This document shows, in pieces, positions 22,799-36,120 of a stretch of 57,729 bases of DNA. Positions within the stretch are counted from its first letter, which is position 1. Each line of letters begins with the position of its first letter. Position numbers and translations under genes: made by a program. The stretch is from Octopus bimaculoides (taxonomy: Eukaryota). Under the pieces are notes generated by a model that was not told where the DNA came from, did no database searches, and saw only the letters and a list, made by a program, of their open reading frames with translations. The stretch spans positions 15,583,368 to 15,641,096 of the forward strand of contig NC_069001.1 of the NCBI RefSeq assembly GCF_001194135.2. Reading direction: 5' to 3'.

Positions 22799-23175
22799 TC
22801 TAGTAGTATGAATTAATAAATAATATATATATATATTATTAAATACATATACTAATGTATATGTTTTGTGTATTTTCCAGTGGCTGCAATGGCATAGCAG
22901 AGTATATAAACTCTCATGTCACTGGTGTTAAAACACCTTAGTCATGGACAGGCAAAATAACTTACCCTCAATCCGATTTGGTAGTGATGGGCATCGATGT
23001 TTCACCATTTTTGTGGCTTGTGATTGAGGATGAGTTATCTCACTTGTCCATGGCTAAGGTGTTTTAACACTGGTGACCTGAGAGTTTATATAATCCACTA
23101 CACCATTGCAGCTACCGGAAAATACACAAAACATATACATTAGTATATGTATTCAATAATATTTATTACACTAGA
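22799..23175. repeat. Long fold-back element, arms about 140-170 bp
   Basis: About 22835-22975 is the reverse complement of about 23023-23165 (roughly 85% by eye). Confidence 0.85.
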
Positions 23176-23208
23176 GCTGCTTTTTACTTCATATATAAAT
23201 ACACACAC

Positions 23209-23582
23209 GGAGGCACAATGGCCCAGTGGTTAGGGCAGCGGATTTGCGGTCATAGGATCGCGGTTTCGATTCCCAGACTGGGCGTTGTGAGTGTTTATTG
23301 AGCGAAAACACCTAAAGCTCCACGAGGCTCCGGCAGGGGATGGCGGCGAACCCTGCTGTACTCTTTCGCCACAACTTTCTCTCACTCTTACTTCCTGTTT
23401 CTGTTGTGCCTGTAATTCAAAGGGTCAGCCTTGTCACACTGTGTCACGTTGAATATCCCCGAGAACTACGTTAAGGGTACACGTGTCTGTGGAGTGCTCA
23501 GCCACTTGCATGTTAATTTCACGAGCAGGCTGTTCCGTTGATCGGATCAACTGGAACCCTTGATTTCGTAAGCGACAGAGCG
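23209..23582 (+). mobile_element. SINE family C, full-length young copy
   Basis: A box tggcccagtgg, B box ggtttcgattccc; near-identical to 25902-26277. Confidence 0.9.
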
Positions 23583-23925
23583 CGCGCGCACACACACACG
23601 CACACACCTTTTGTATCAATGTCCTGAAGAGTTTCATTTCACCTTTTTTCACAACTGGATAATTGATACATCAATGTCCTGGTCTCTGTATGGCTACTGA
23701 ACATTCATTCTAAGTAGACTTTGTTACACAGAAATTCAGTCCTGGTGCATTTATTCAATATATACTTACATATCCCATCCAACAGGCTTCCAGCTAGTTT
23801 CCACCCACCCAGTTCCTTGCTCATAGTATCAGTTGAATCAAAGCTATCGTAAAAGATACTTCTGCCAAGATGCCATGCAATGAAATTGAACCAGAGCCAT
23901 TGTGATTGTGAAGTGAATGTCTTAA

Positions 23926-24146
23926 CCCTTTAACATTTAAACTAGCCATATCCCGCCCAAATATTCTACCCGTTATAGGTTGAAACTGGACACATCTGGC
24001 CTCTTTCACTTATTCTGCAATGTCATTCTAAAAACTAAGCAATCACATCATTGACATTTTGATACATCAAGATAATGCATGATTAATTCAAAACAATGTG
24101 AATAAATGAGCATTAGATTAGACAGAACAATCTGAATGCTAAAGGG
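23926..24146. mobile_element. piggyBac-type MITE
   Basis: TTAA ccctttaacatt ... aatgctaaaggg TTAA. Confidence 0.85.
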
Positions 24147-25901
24147 TTAATTATTCAGTCATGCTACATCTACCTGTAATTTAAAAGGTACATCTTCTCA
24201 CCCATTATGTCTTGCTGGTTCTGCTTGAGAATTATGTGAAGAATACATCTGTCTGTGGAATACTCTGCCACTGACATGCTAGTTGTATACAAAGAACAGG
24301 TAATTCAGTTGACCAGACACCAGAATTTTCATTGGCAAAGATTGACAGAAGACTTTGTGTCTTTTATTCACAACACTCTCATACACACACACACAGACAC
24401 ACACACAGATACACATGCACATGCATGCATAGTCACAAACTCTCACATAAACTCGCAAGCACGTACACACTCACACACACGCACTCACACAACAACACTA
24501 AAGTGGATGAATATATTTCTGGCCGACCAACATGAAAGGAATCCTGTTTTATCCACATAGCTTTGTTGATTCTGTAGAAATCTGTGTCTTTGGCATGTAC
24601 AGTGTCGAGACACAACTAAATCTGGAAACAATGTACTGACATGACTGAAGAATGAAATGGAATTTAAGCAGAACAAACATTTGTGTCTTATAAAGAACTG
24701 AGAAAGCTGCAAACAGTACAAACTAAAGACAGACAAAAAAAAAAAAGGCCTTTTCTCTTCATTTACTGGTTTCAGAATTGAACCACAGTTATGCTGAGAT
24801 ACCAGCATGGTGCCCCTGCATGGCAAAACAGGGTTTTAGTTGAGTGTAATCAACTCCAATACTTTGGTACTAAATGGTACTAAATTCATCATTTTTGTAT
24901 GATACTTGAAAATACATGAGCTAAAAAAAATAGAGATGGATATAAAGGGAGAAAACTCAATCATCATCATCATCATTTTAATGTCCACTTTTTCATGTTA
25001 GCATGGGTCGGATGGAATTTTATGAGGCAGATTTTCTATGGTCAAATGCCCTCCCTCTCACCAAACTTCACCTGTTTCCCAATGAGGTAATATCTTTCCA
25101 TGACCAGACATGTTTTCACAGAAGATTGGAAATGAAGGGTACCACTTGTTTGACAGTGAGACTTGTTTACGACTATTACATGATGTCAAAACAAGGAGAC
25201 AGTAACACACACGTGCACACTCACACACACATGTGTATATGCATGTGTGTGTGTGTATACACACACACACACACAATGGGATTGTTTCAGTTTCCATCTA
25301 CTAAATCCACTCACAGACATTTGGTCAGCCTGGAGCTATGGTAGAAGACACTTGCCCACAGTGCCATGTAGTGGAACTGAACCCAGGACTATCCAGTTGG
25401 GAAGCAAACTTCGTATCATGTAGCCACACCTGCACCTATGAAACATGATTATTGCAGGATATTTCTGCTTGAATGCACTGGTTTTCAGTCCATGCTATAC
25501 AAGCGGGTGTGTGTGTGTGCATTGAGGCAAATTTTCTACAGCTGGATGCCCTTCCTGTTACCAACCCTCACTTATTCCCTAACAAGGAAATATTTCCCTA
25601 TGACTGGACATGTCTTCACAGAACATTAGAAATGAATGACACCACTTGTTTACAACTATCACACTGTGTCAAGATAAGGAAGCACAAACACACCCACCCA
25701 GGATGGGCTTCTGTCTGTTTCCACTTCCAAATCCACACACAAAGCTGCCTGGAACTATAGTAGAAGATGCTTGCCCAGTGTGCCAAGAGCTGGACTGAAC
25801 CCAAAATCTTGTGATTGGGAAATGAATATCTTAGCCAGCCAGCCATATCTGTCACTGAATAATATCTCATTCTTTGATATCTCTGGTATCATATAATGTG
25901 T

Positions 25902-26277
25902 GGCAGCGCAATGGCCCAGTGGTTAGGGCAGCGGACTCGCAGTCATAGGATCGCGGTTTCAATTCCCAGACCGGGCGTTGTGAGTGTTTATTGAGTGAAA
26001 ACAACTAAAGCTCCACGAGGCTCCGGCAGGGGATGGTGGCAAACCCTGCTGTACTCTTACGCCACAACTTTCTCTCACTCTTACTTCCTGTTTCTGTTGT
26101 GCCTGTAATTCAAAGGGTCAGCCTTGTCATACTGTGTCACGATGAATATCCCCGAGAACTACGTTAAGAGTACACGTGTCTGTGGAGTGCTCAGCCACTT
26201 GCACATTAATTTCACGAGCAGGCTGTTCTGTTGATCGGATCAACTGGAACCCTCAACGTCACAAACGACGGTGTGCC
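25902..26277 (+). mobile_element. SINE family C, full-length young copy
   Basis: Near-identical to 23209-23582. Confidence 0.9.
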
Positions 26278-27402
26278 AACAACAGCAAATAATGTAATAT
26301 TATTAATTTCAAATTTTCACACAAGGCCAGCAACTTTGGGGATGGGGTAACTCAATTACATTGATTCCAGTATTCACCTGGTACTTATTTTATCAGCTCT
26401 GAAAGGATGCAAAGCAAAGTCAGCCTCAGCAGACTTTGAACTCAAAGTGTGAAGATGAATGAAATGCTGCTAAGCATTTTGCCCAGCATGTTAATGATTC
26501 TGCCTGCTTGCCACCTTCTAATAATGATATTATATTATTATTCAATGTATTATGATATCAGATATATCATATAAAACATAATTGACTCTCAGAAACAGAA
26601 CTACTGTCTCTAAAAGGAACCAATAAAGGATCTTCTTCATGGTCACATGACCTGATGGCTTGTATGCTTTGATGTCCCCAAGAGCTTCACCAGTAGAGTG
26701 CAAGTTCTGTCCAATGCTGGACAGGTCAAAGGATAGAAGCCAGACTAATATGGACCACCATTTCCCAGAGGTAAAAATGGGTTCGCATCAGGCCAACACC
26801 TCTACCTAGAAGAAAGCAAAGTTACAGAAGCGTCACTGCCAATTCAAAACCAACAAGGTCTGAGGATGGAACCAACAAAGGATGCTGAAGAGAAGCTGAT
26901 AAAGTAGGGATCCAACTGGAAAAAAGTAGAACCCAGGGTCAAGAACAGACTGGGCAGGGAGGCACATATCCTCAAACAGAAGGCCTGGGTCAAATAGTTG
27001 CAGCAGAGTGGATTCCACTAAAGCTACACCAAGAATTGGTTGGTGATGTGGTAATGGGTGATGGATGAAGTCTTCCACTCAAGTAGGCCACAGTGGGATT
27101 TGAACTCTGAACACAAAGAGTCAGAACAATTGAAGCAAGGTATATGGTCTTGTGCTTATATAATTATTATCATTAAGGCTGCAAGCTGATAAAATCATTA
27201 CTGTCCTGCAAAAAATGCCTAGTAGCATTTCTTCTAACTTAACATTCTGAGTTCAAATCCTGCCAAGGTCAGCTTTGCCTTTCATCCTTTCTGGGTTGAT
27301 AAAATAAGTACCAGTTGAGGACTGGAGTTGATGTAATCAATTAGCCTCCTCCCTTAAAATTTCACACCTTGTGCCTATAAGTAAAAATCATCATCATCGT
27401 CG

Positions 27403-27437
<35 letters not shown>

Positions 27438-27440
<3 letters not shown>

Positions 27441-27819
27441 TGAGAGAGCAGTGCATGCCGTCAAAGTGACACTGGGGTAAAATATACGAAGCCCAGTATA
27501 CCCATCTGATAAGGGTACACCAGGCACATGCATCACAACCACATGTGCGCGACATGATGATCTCACATCAAGATAAACAGTGCATGACCTTGCAGGTGGG
27601 GCCCAGTTAGAATTTTCTTCAAGTTGAGTAGCCCATCCCGCTCAAAAGGTCCCTGAATAAGGTTTGTTTAAGGATGTTGAATGAAACACCCATGTTTCCA
27701 AAGGTGAATTATTCAAACCCCAAAGAATTCCGCTCAACACATGGCTATGATGCTCCCCCACTACTTCTGCTCATGATCAGAGATGCACATATCATCAGCC
27801 ACCAAGGGACATGCTCAAC
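27438..27819 (-). mobile_element. 3' end of a non-LTR element embedded in (TAA)n (Dong/R4-like, tentative)
   Basis: GC-richer 380-bp island bounded by (tta)n on the left and attattatta on the right; family assignment is inferred from the target repeat. Confidence 0.45.
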
Positions 27820-28389
27820 TATTATTATTAGAACAGTGAACTGGAGGAATTATTGGAGCATTGGAAAAAAATTCTTTGTAATATTTAATATTTTTTTCTG
27901 GCTCTAAGGCAGTAAGCTAATGTCTATCATTAGCATGCCAGACAAAATGCCTAGCAGCATTTTATCCATCCTCATATTCTGAGTTCAAATTCTGCAAAGT
28001 CGACTTTCATCCTTTAGGGGTTGATAAAATGAGTACCAGTTGAGCACGGGGATTAATGTAAACGGCTTATCCCCTGCCCCGAAATTAATGGCCTTGTGCC
28101 AGGATTTGAGATCCTTATCATTTGCCATTGCAGTTGTCCTCTGTATGACTTTAAACTGCACGGTAGTAGAGCCCTGGTTAATGGATACCAGGGTTTTGAG
28201 GGGTGTGGAACCACCTCTTGTGCACTGTTGTTCTCAGATCTACTCTCACCTGGAGTAGTAGCACCTGTCAGGGTCTCAGCTATATGTTAGTTAGCATGTC
28301 ACAGAATTGTCTCCAGAAGGTCACTCACAGACAACTTAAAGGATCCAGGATAGATGAAGCCCTTCACTTCCTTAGTCATTCATCTAAGA

Positions 28390-28709
28390 CAGTGATTCTC
28401 AACCAGGGTCCATATAAGATTTTGGGGTTCCACACAACAAAATAGTAAATTGAAGGTGCACAATGGTATTTTAAGGGCTCCTGAAAAGAATTTGTTTTAG
28501 ACGTGTGTAGTGGTGTATATTTTGAGAAACAACCAGCTTTCTTTCTCTGACATTTTACATGGTTCAGCCCATACAAGTCAATGTGTGAAAACCAAAATAA
28601 GAATTTTCTATAAAACTAGTTTTTAAACATCAAATAGCTATGGGGGTCCACCAGAATAAAATAATTATAAAAAGGGGTCCATAGGTAAAAAATTGGTGGA
28701 GTACCCCTG
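28390..28709. mobile_element. hAT (Charlie-like) MITE
   Basis: cagtgattctcaacc ... ggtggagtacccctg termini; 8-bp TSD atctaaga/atctaagt. Confidence 0.8.
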
Positions 28710-30133
28710 ATCTAAGTGAAGACAACTCCATATAAAACCTGCATCCTGATAACTACTTGGTTTGCGGCACTTGTTGCCTTTGATCCCTACAAGTTTCAAG
28801 GATGAGTGAGTAGGACTGGCTTTGCACATACCATGCCTGCAGAAGTTTTAAAGCTGCTCCCCCTGATGAAGAGGATTGGCCTGTAAGAGTCCTGTGCCGG
28901 TGCTACATAAAAAGCACTCATGCTGGCACCATGTGATAGTGCTCATGCCAGTGAATAAGCACCATGTGAAAGTGTTCATGCCAGTGCCATGTTAAAGGCA
29001 CCCAACACACAACTGTAAATCGGTTGCTGTTAGGAAAGGCATCCAGTCATAGAAAGCAAATCAGATTGGAACTTGGTGCAACTCTCCAGCTTGTCAGGTC
29101 TGGTCAAACCATCCAATCCATGCCAGCATGGAAAACGGACATTAAAGGATGCTGATGATAATGATGTACAGGTTGTTCAGCAAGCAAAAGTGCCAACACC
29201 ATAACACAGTGTAGCTGTCGGTGTTGCTGAACCATCATTCATCAAAACAACAGGTGAGTCTGCCTGTTGCAAACAGCATCAAAATAATATCAGAGACTCA
29301 AGTTTCATTAGTGACAATAGCCTAAGGTAGTCTGCACACAACAATTTAAGTTGATGTGGAATTTGTCCACGGATTCTTAGAACTTTCCAGTCAAGAGATC
29401 CCAGTGCTATTATCTCTCTATCTCTCTCTCTCTCTCTCTCTCCCCTCCCCCTCTCTCTCTGCATGTGCTTGGTCTCACTTTGAATACTGCTGCTGCCCTC
29501 TATGATGTCTCTATGACAAATAAAATAAATGAGAATCCAAGCACTCCAGAGGTTGAATGCAGGGGTTGCCTCAAAAAATTTAGGCATTATTTTTCTCAAC
29601 TTTGCCATGAGTGCTACATCATTTGTATTCAATTTGGAAAATATTCCATCAGTGCTGACCAAATAATGTTGATATCAAGTTTACAAGTCACCCAAGACTT
29701 CACCCCAAAGTCATGTTCTCCCAACTCCTGGCAAAAATTGAGCTCACATCACATAACATGTGACACAACTGTTTTACTTCAAATGGCCTTGCATTATTCA
29801 ACATTATTCCTCATCAAAGAAGAAACAGATCCTGTAACATTCAAACAGCACCAGATCAAATTCTCAGACAAAAATTCCAGACAAACCACTAACACCCAGA
29901 TATATTTTGCTAAACAACATCTCTTTTCTTGAGCCCGTACGGTACCCTAAAACATAACACAAAATACTACTCTTGATGGTACTATTATATTAGACATGGT
30001 CAGGGCTCATGTTACATATGCTCATATGTATGTATAAATGTTGCACATGTATATACACACACACACAGATAGCTATACTTACATACATGCACACTTATGT
30101 AACTATATAATTACACATACATTCACTCATATA

Positions 30134-31408
30134 TTGGGTCATCCCATAAATAATGCAGTTTTTTATGCTTCTTTTATTTTTCAAAATTACGATGAACAAA
30201 GTTCTCTTTCAATCTAAAATATACTCTCCTTCATTTTCTACAATGCTCTTCCATCTGTATGGTAGACTTGCAAGTCCCCTCTTCCAAAATTCACTTATCC
30301 ATCACGAAAAATACTTCTCCATTACTGTTCAGACGTTGTCTGCAGAATTCATTATTTTTCCGTCCAAATGATTTTTAAGACTACAGAATAAATAATAATC
30401 AAATGGGGCAATGTCTGGCGAAGATGGTGGGTGGGGCATTGTTTCCCATTGAAACTGCTCCAGCGTTTGGAATGTCATCCTCACTGTATGTGGCCAAGCA
30501 TTATCCTGATGGAATAACACCTTTCGTCATGAAACCAAAGATGGTCATTTTTCTTCTAGCGCTGACTTAAGCCTCTCAAACTGCTCGCAGTAGATCTCCT
30601 TTGTTATCATTTGGTTTGGGTTTAAAAGTTCAAAGTGGACTAAACCTTTCATATCCCACCAAACAGATAACAACACCTTATGTGGGTGAAGACCTTCTTT
30701 AGCCTGAGATGCCAATGTTTCTCCTTTCCCTACTGACAGTCTTTGGTGCTTGACATTTTTATAGAGAACCCATTTCTCATCAACATTTGGTTCAAAAAAA
30801 GGTCCATTTGTGAGACATGACAACAAAGAAGAGCACACATTCACTCTCTGCACGTGATTAGACTTGGAAAATGAGGAACCCATTGACCCAGTTTGCAGAC
30901 TTTTCTGACGGCATGCAGGTGTTGTTGAATGGTTGAATGACCAAATCCAAGATTCTCTGCTAGTTCCTCAACAGTTATGATGGGATTTTGTTCCACCAGG
31001 GTTTGCAGGACGTCCTCGAGCTGTATTGATCTTCCAGGACAAGGCTCGTCTTTTAGGTTGTACTTTCCAGCTCAGAATTTCTGGAACCACCGTTGACACT
31101 GGTTTACGCTTATTGTCCGATCCCCATATACTGCATTAATATTCCTCGCACTTTCCGTTGCGTTGTTGCCTTTATTGAACTCATAAAACAAAATATGCCG
31201 AATATGCTCCTTTGTCACTTCTATTATAGCTTTGAAAAAAATAACTGTTAAAATTGAACTGCACTCTTCAAAACTTGCACTAAGAATAAGTACAAGGTAA
31301 AATTACTACCTGCTTTAAAAGCAAGTTGATGCAGGTAGTTTATCACACCCGCCTCCAACTTTTAGTTCATGCAACTGAAAAAACTGCATTACTTATGGAA
31401 TGACCCAA
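30134..31408 (-). mobile_element. mariner DD34D transposon, full-length but decayed
   Basis: 31-bp TIRs ttgggtcatcccataaataatgcagtttttt (2 mismatches), TA TSD; DEKWVLY, KVLLSVWWD, HQDNAWPH..SPDIAPFDYYLF gives 34-residue spacing. Confidence 0.93.
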
Positions 31409-31565
31409 TACCTCTATAGATAGAAAGAGAGACAGACAGATAGATAGACAGACACACAGATGGATGGATGGATACATACATACATACATGCATGCATGCA
31501 TACTTTAGGTGTATGTATGTAAATATATATATATGTGTGTACACAGACACACACATACAACTATA

Positions 31566-31601
<36 letters not shown>

Positions 31602-31729
31602 AAATGAAAGCCCATAGACAGATAAGCAATGTGCATAAGCGTGTGAGAGAATGCATAACTGAAACAAGTACCAGTGCAAGAATTCAAATACATCCTTAAA
31701 CAAGATATTTCATTCTGTTTCATTTACAG

Positions 31730-31740
31730 AATGAAGGAAG
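31730..31740 (+). other. Candidate 11-nt microexon
   Basis: Strong acceptor atttcattctgtttcatttacag, then AATGAAGGAAG, then gtaaaa. Confidence 0.25.
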
Positions 31741-31832
31741 GTAAAAAAAAAAAGAAAAGTTTTTTTGTTTACTTGTCATAAATATGAGTGAGGTAGAAAC
31801 AAGGATCTGATATCAATGAAGATATTTGACAT

Positions 31833-31873
<41 letters not shown>

Positions 31874-32757
31874 CACATGTATTAAAAGATAAAAGTAAAG
31901 GTTAATTACCTGTCATCAACAAAGTAGTTCCTAGTTTATCATAAAGAAATCATCAAATCNNNNNNNNNNNNNNNNNNNNNNNNNNNNNNNNNNNNNNNNN
32001 NNNNNNNNNNNNNNNNNNNNNNNNNNNNNNNNNNNNNNNNNNNNNNNNNNNNNNNNNNNNNNNNNNNNNNNNNNNNNNNNNNNNNNNNNNNNNNNNNNNN
32101 NNNNNNNNNNNNNNNNNNNNNNNNNNNNNNNNNNNNNNNNNNNNNNNNNNNNNNNNNNNNNNNNNNNNNNNNNNNNNNNNNNNNNNNNNNNNNNNNNNNN
32201 NNNNNNNNNNNNNNNNNNNNNNNNNNNNNNNNNNNNNNNNNNNNNNNNNNNNNNNNNNNNNNNNNNNNNNNNNNNNNNNNNNNNNNNNNNNNNNNNNNNN
32301 NNNNNNNNNNNNNNNNNNNNNNNNNNNNNNNNNNNNNNNNNNNNNNNNNNNNNNNNNNNNNNNNNNNNNNNNNNNNNNNNNNNNNNNNNNNNNNNNNNNN
32401 NNNNNNNNNNNNNNNNNNNNNNNNNNNNNNNNNNNNNNNNNNNNNNNNNNNNNNNNNNNNNNNNNNNNNNNNNNNNNNNNNNNNNNNNNNNNNNNNNNNN
32501 NNNNNNNNNNNNNNNNNNNNNNNNNNNNNNNNNNNNNNNNNNNNNNNNNNNNNNNNNNNNNNNNNNNNNNNNNNNNNNNNNNNNNNNNNNNNNNNNNNNN
32601 NNNNNNNNNNNNNNNNNNNNNNNNNNNNNNNNNNNNNNNNNNNNNNNNNNNNNNNNNNNNNNNNNNNNNNNNNNNNNNNNNNNNNNNNNNNNNNNNNNNN
32701 NNNNNNNNNNNNNNNNNNNNNNNNNNNNNNNNNNNNNNNNNNNNNNNNNNNNNNNNN

Positions 32758-32790
<33 letters not shown>

Positions 32791-33908
32791 AATATATATA
32801 TATGAAGATGGGGAAAGGAGTAGAGTGGAATCTGTAACTAGCAGGATTAATATTCTCACACACACAAACAGGTCATATATATATATGTATATGTATATGT
32901 ACATGTGCGTGTGTATGTGTGTGCGTGTATCTATATGTGTGTGTGTGTAGTGAGACAATGAGAGAGAGATACATACAGGTGAAAAGTGGTGAGGGGATGG
33001 TGTATAGATGGTGGTTGAGGTGGGCAGATGGAGGTAAATGTTTGCTTTTAATTCAAAGTGATCTAAGTTGTAAGAGGTGGTGATGGTGGTGGTGGTGGTG
33101 GCGNNNNNNNNNNNNNNNNNNNNNNNNNNNNNNNNNNNNNNNNNNNNNNNNNNNNNNNNNNNNNNNNNNNNNNNNNNNNNNNNNNNNNNNNNNNNNNNNN
33201 NNNNNNNNNNNNNNNNNNNNNNNNNNNNNNNNNNNNNNNNNNNNNNNNNNNNNNNNNNNNNNNNNNNNNNNNNNNNNNNNNNNNNNNNNNNNNNNNNNNN
33301 NNNNNNNNNNNNNNNNNNNNNNNNNNNNNNNNNNNNNNNNNNNNNNNNNNNNNNNNNNNNNNNNNNNNNNNNNNNNNNNNNNNNNNNNNNNNNNNNNNNN
33401 NNNNNNNNNNNNNNNNNNNNNNNNNNNNNNNNNNNNNNNNNNNNNNNNNNNNNNNNNNNNNNNNNNNNNNNNNNNNNNNNNNNNNNNNNNNNNNNNNNNN
33501 NNNNNNNNNNNNNNNNNNNNNNNNNNNNNNNNNNNNNNNNNNNNNNNNNNNNNNNNNNNNNNNNNNNNNNNNNNNNNNNNNNNNNNNNNNNNNNNNNNNN
33601 NNNNNNNNNNNNNNNNNNNNNNNNNNNNNNNNNNNNNNNNNNNNNNNNNNNNNNNNNNNNNNNNNNNNNNNNNNNNNNNNNNNNNNNNNNNNNNNNNNNN
33701 NNNNNNNNNNNNNNNNNNNNNNNNNNNNNNNNNNNNNNNNNNNNNNNNNNNNNNNNNNNNNNNNNNNNNNNNNNNNNNNNNNNNNNNNNNNNNNNNNNNN
33801 NNNNNNNNNNNNNNNNNNNNNNNNNNNNNNNNNNNNNNNNNNNNNNNNNNNNNNNNNNNNNNNNNNNNNNNNNNNNNNNNNNNNNNNNNNNNNNNNNNNN
33901 NNNNNNNN

Positions 33909-33940
<32 letters not shown>

Positions 33941-33957
33941 TATATACACATATATAC

Positions 33958-34097
33958 TCCAAGAGAGTTAGGGGTTGAGGATTCAACCCACTAAGGGATA
34001 GTATCTATCCAATATACTGCCAGGAGGGTACCCAATTGTTGTTACACTAGTGTTATACCAAGTGTAATAAGTGGGTGCAGGTAAAAGGGGGTTATTT
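33958..34097. repeat. Unclassified dispersed repeat, copy 2 (abuts (TA)n)
   Basis: Homologous to 22-158. Confidence 0.7.
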
Positions 34098-34191
34098 TAT
34101 ATACCCAGATGTATTCTATATATGTGCACGTGTGTATATATATCCAGATACATTATATGTGTATATTTATACATATTCATATATATGTATG

Positions 34192-34223
<32 letters not shown>

Positions 34224-34751
34224 CACACATACATACATATTGACACAAATACTTATACACATACATACATATATACATACATGAATACAATCGTGAAGAA
34301 ATCAAACTTGTGATCAGTCGTTTCTTTTTTAATAAATAAATAAAAAGAAAAAAACAATATTTCAACTGCTGCAGTTGTTGCTGCTGTCATCACTAGTAAT
34401 AACAACAACAGCAACAGCAACAGCAGCAGCAATTAAAAACAACTGCTGTTAGTGCTGGTGGTGATTTAGTTCCCTGCCGTCTCCCCCTCTTCCTTGATGT
34501 CTTAACTGGTCGGACAAGTTTCTCCTGTTCTGTATCTTATGTTAATGGAGACATACATACATATATGTGTGTGTGTGTGTGTGTGTGTGTTTGTATATAC
34601 ACACACACATACAAACATAGGACTATACTCTACCAGGTTCTTAGCTGCTATTATAGTAGAACCAACATTTTGTTTTTGTTCTCTGTTACAAAATACAATT
34701 TGAAATGTCTTTTTCATTTTCTATCGATCTACCTTTCATACAGGGGTTTCT

Positions 34752-34788
<37 letters not shown>

Positions 34789-35442
34789 ATTTATTTTTTT
34801 GTTTTTTGTTTTTTCTTTTTCTTTTCAAAATTCTTCGGATTCCAAGTATTTTTCAGTTTAGAAAATAACATTTTTTTTTTTCTTTTTGCCAAATAAAAGG
34901 TTGACTGCAAATAAAAAAAAAATACTGATATACAATATATTTACTTGTGAATAATTCACTCTATTTAATACTTGATTTTAACTGGAAAACTGGTGGGCTG
35001 GGGGCGACTTATACACGAGTAAATATGGTGCGTGTGAGTATATACGAGGAAGCATAAAATGCTAACAAGGTGGCAAAAATAGTACTTGAGTACCGAAGAT
35101 AGACTAATATGCATTTTTAGTATTATCACAACTGTCCAACGAACATTAACATGAAACTCTGAGTAACAGTTTGTGAAGATTTTTTTGGCACTATTATATG
35201 TATATGTATATATTAATGATTGTTTTTATTTTCAGTTATACTAAAAGCAATTTTACATTAATCTGATGGCTGCTCTATACTTTTGTAGAATACAACAGGG
35301 ACTTCAAAGTTTCGGCTGTCCAGCGATGGTTTAGCTGGCCGAAACTTCAAAGTCACAGTCAATAATAATCTTGTTTAGGAACAATATGTATATATATATA
35401 TATAATACTCACATACGCACACACACACACACACACACACAG

Positions 35443-35554
35443 AGGGTGGGCCAAAAGTTATGCACCAAAACCTTTAACAGTTTCTTTATGTTATAGCTAT
35501 TATTACCATTCAATGCAGATGTTTAATCTTGGTGCATGAGTTTTGGCTCACCCT
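35443..35554. mobile_element. Tc1/mariner-type MITE
   Basis: TIRs agggtgggccaaaagttatgcaccaa / ttggtgcatgagttttggctcaccct; a related end lies near 56180-56212. Confidence 0.7.
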
Positions 35555-35601
35555 ATATGTGTATGTGTGTGTGTGCACGTATATGTGTGCATGTATGTAT
35601 G

Positions 35602-35633
<32 letters not shown>

Positions 35634-35935
35634 TTTCTCTCACAACCTGTAGAACCGAATTCCTTTCTTTTACAGTTTTTTGTAAAGTGTCCTTCAGTTT
35701 GAGTGAAAAACAATAGAAATTTGAGGGCTGCTGGCTTTTATATCTAGCATTACGTGAAATCACATATAAGAGAATTTTTATAGATGCTTCTTAAATTATC
35801 TTTTAATGCCTGCATCGATCTACAAAGCAATCTTATAATTAATCATCAATGAAATTAATCAATTCTTAAAGCAAATCTGAAAATATTTGAATTGCACATA
35901 AAAGACACCATTTTGAGCGTGGCCATTTTCGTGCG

Positions 35936-36120
35936 GGTGACACGTAAAAGCACCCACTACACTCTCTGAGTGGTTGGCGTTAGGAAGGGCATCCAGCTGT
36001 AGAAACTCTGCCAAATTAGATTGGAGCCTGATGTAGCCATCTGGTTGCACCAGTCCTCAGTCAAATCGTCCAACCCATGCTAGCATGGAAAGCGGATGTT
36101 AAACGATGATGATGATGATG
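35936..36120 (+). mobile_element. RTE-X tail, young copy ending in (GAT)n
   Basis: Near-identical to 18031-18213. Confidence 0.8.

Noticed and set aside
23209-23285. tRNA gene (also 25902 and 10605 heads)
   Set aside because: A and B boxes are present, but each continues into a multi-copy SINE body; these are SINE heads
28843-29253. Exon candidates 28843-28882 and 29210-29253
   Set aside because: Donor-like sites but poor acceptors, and both start in phase 2, which does not chain with the other candidates
29465-29932. 155-aa ORF with a Cys/His cluster (ECRGC..CHEC)
   Set aside because: No recognisable domain spacing, no convincing splice sites, starts beside a (CT)n tract; a BLASTX search would settle it
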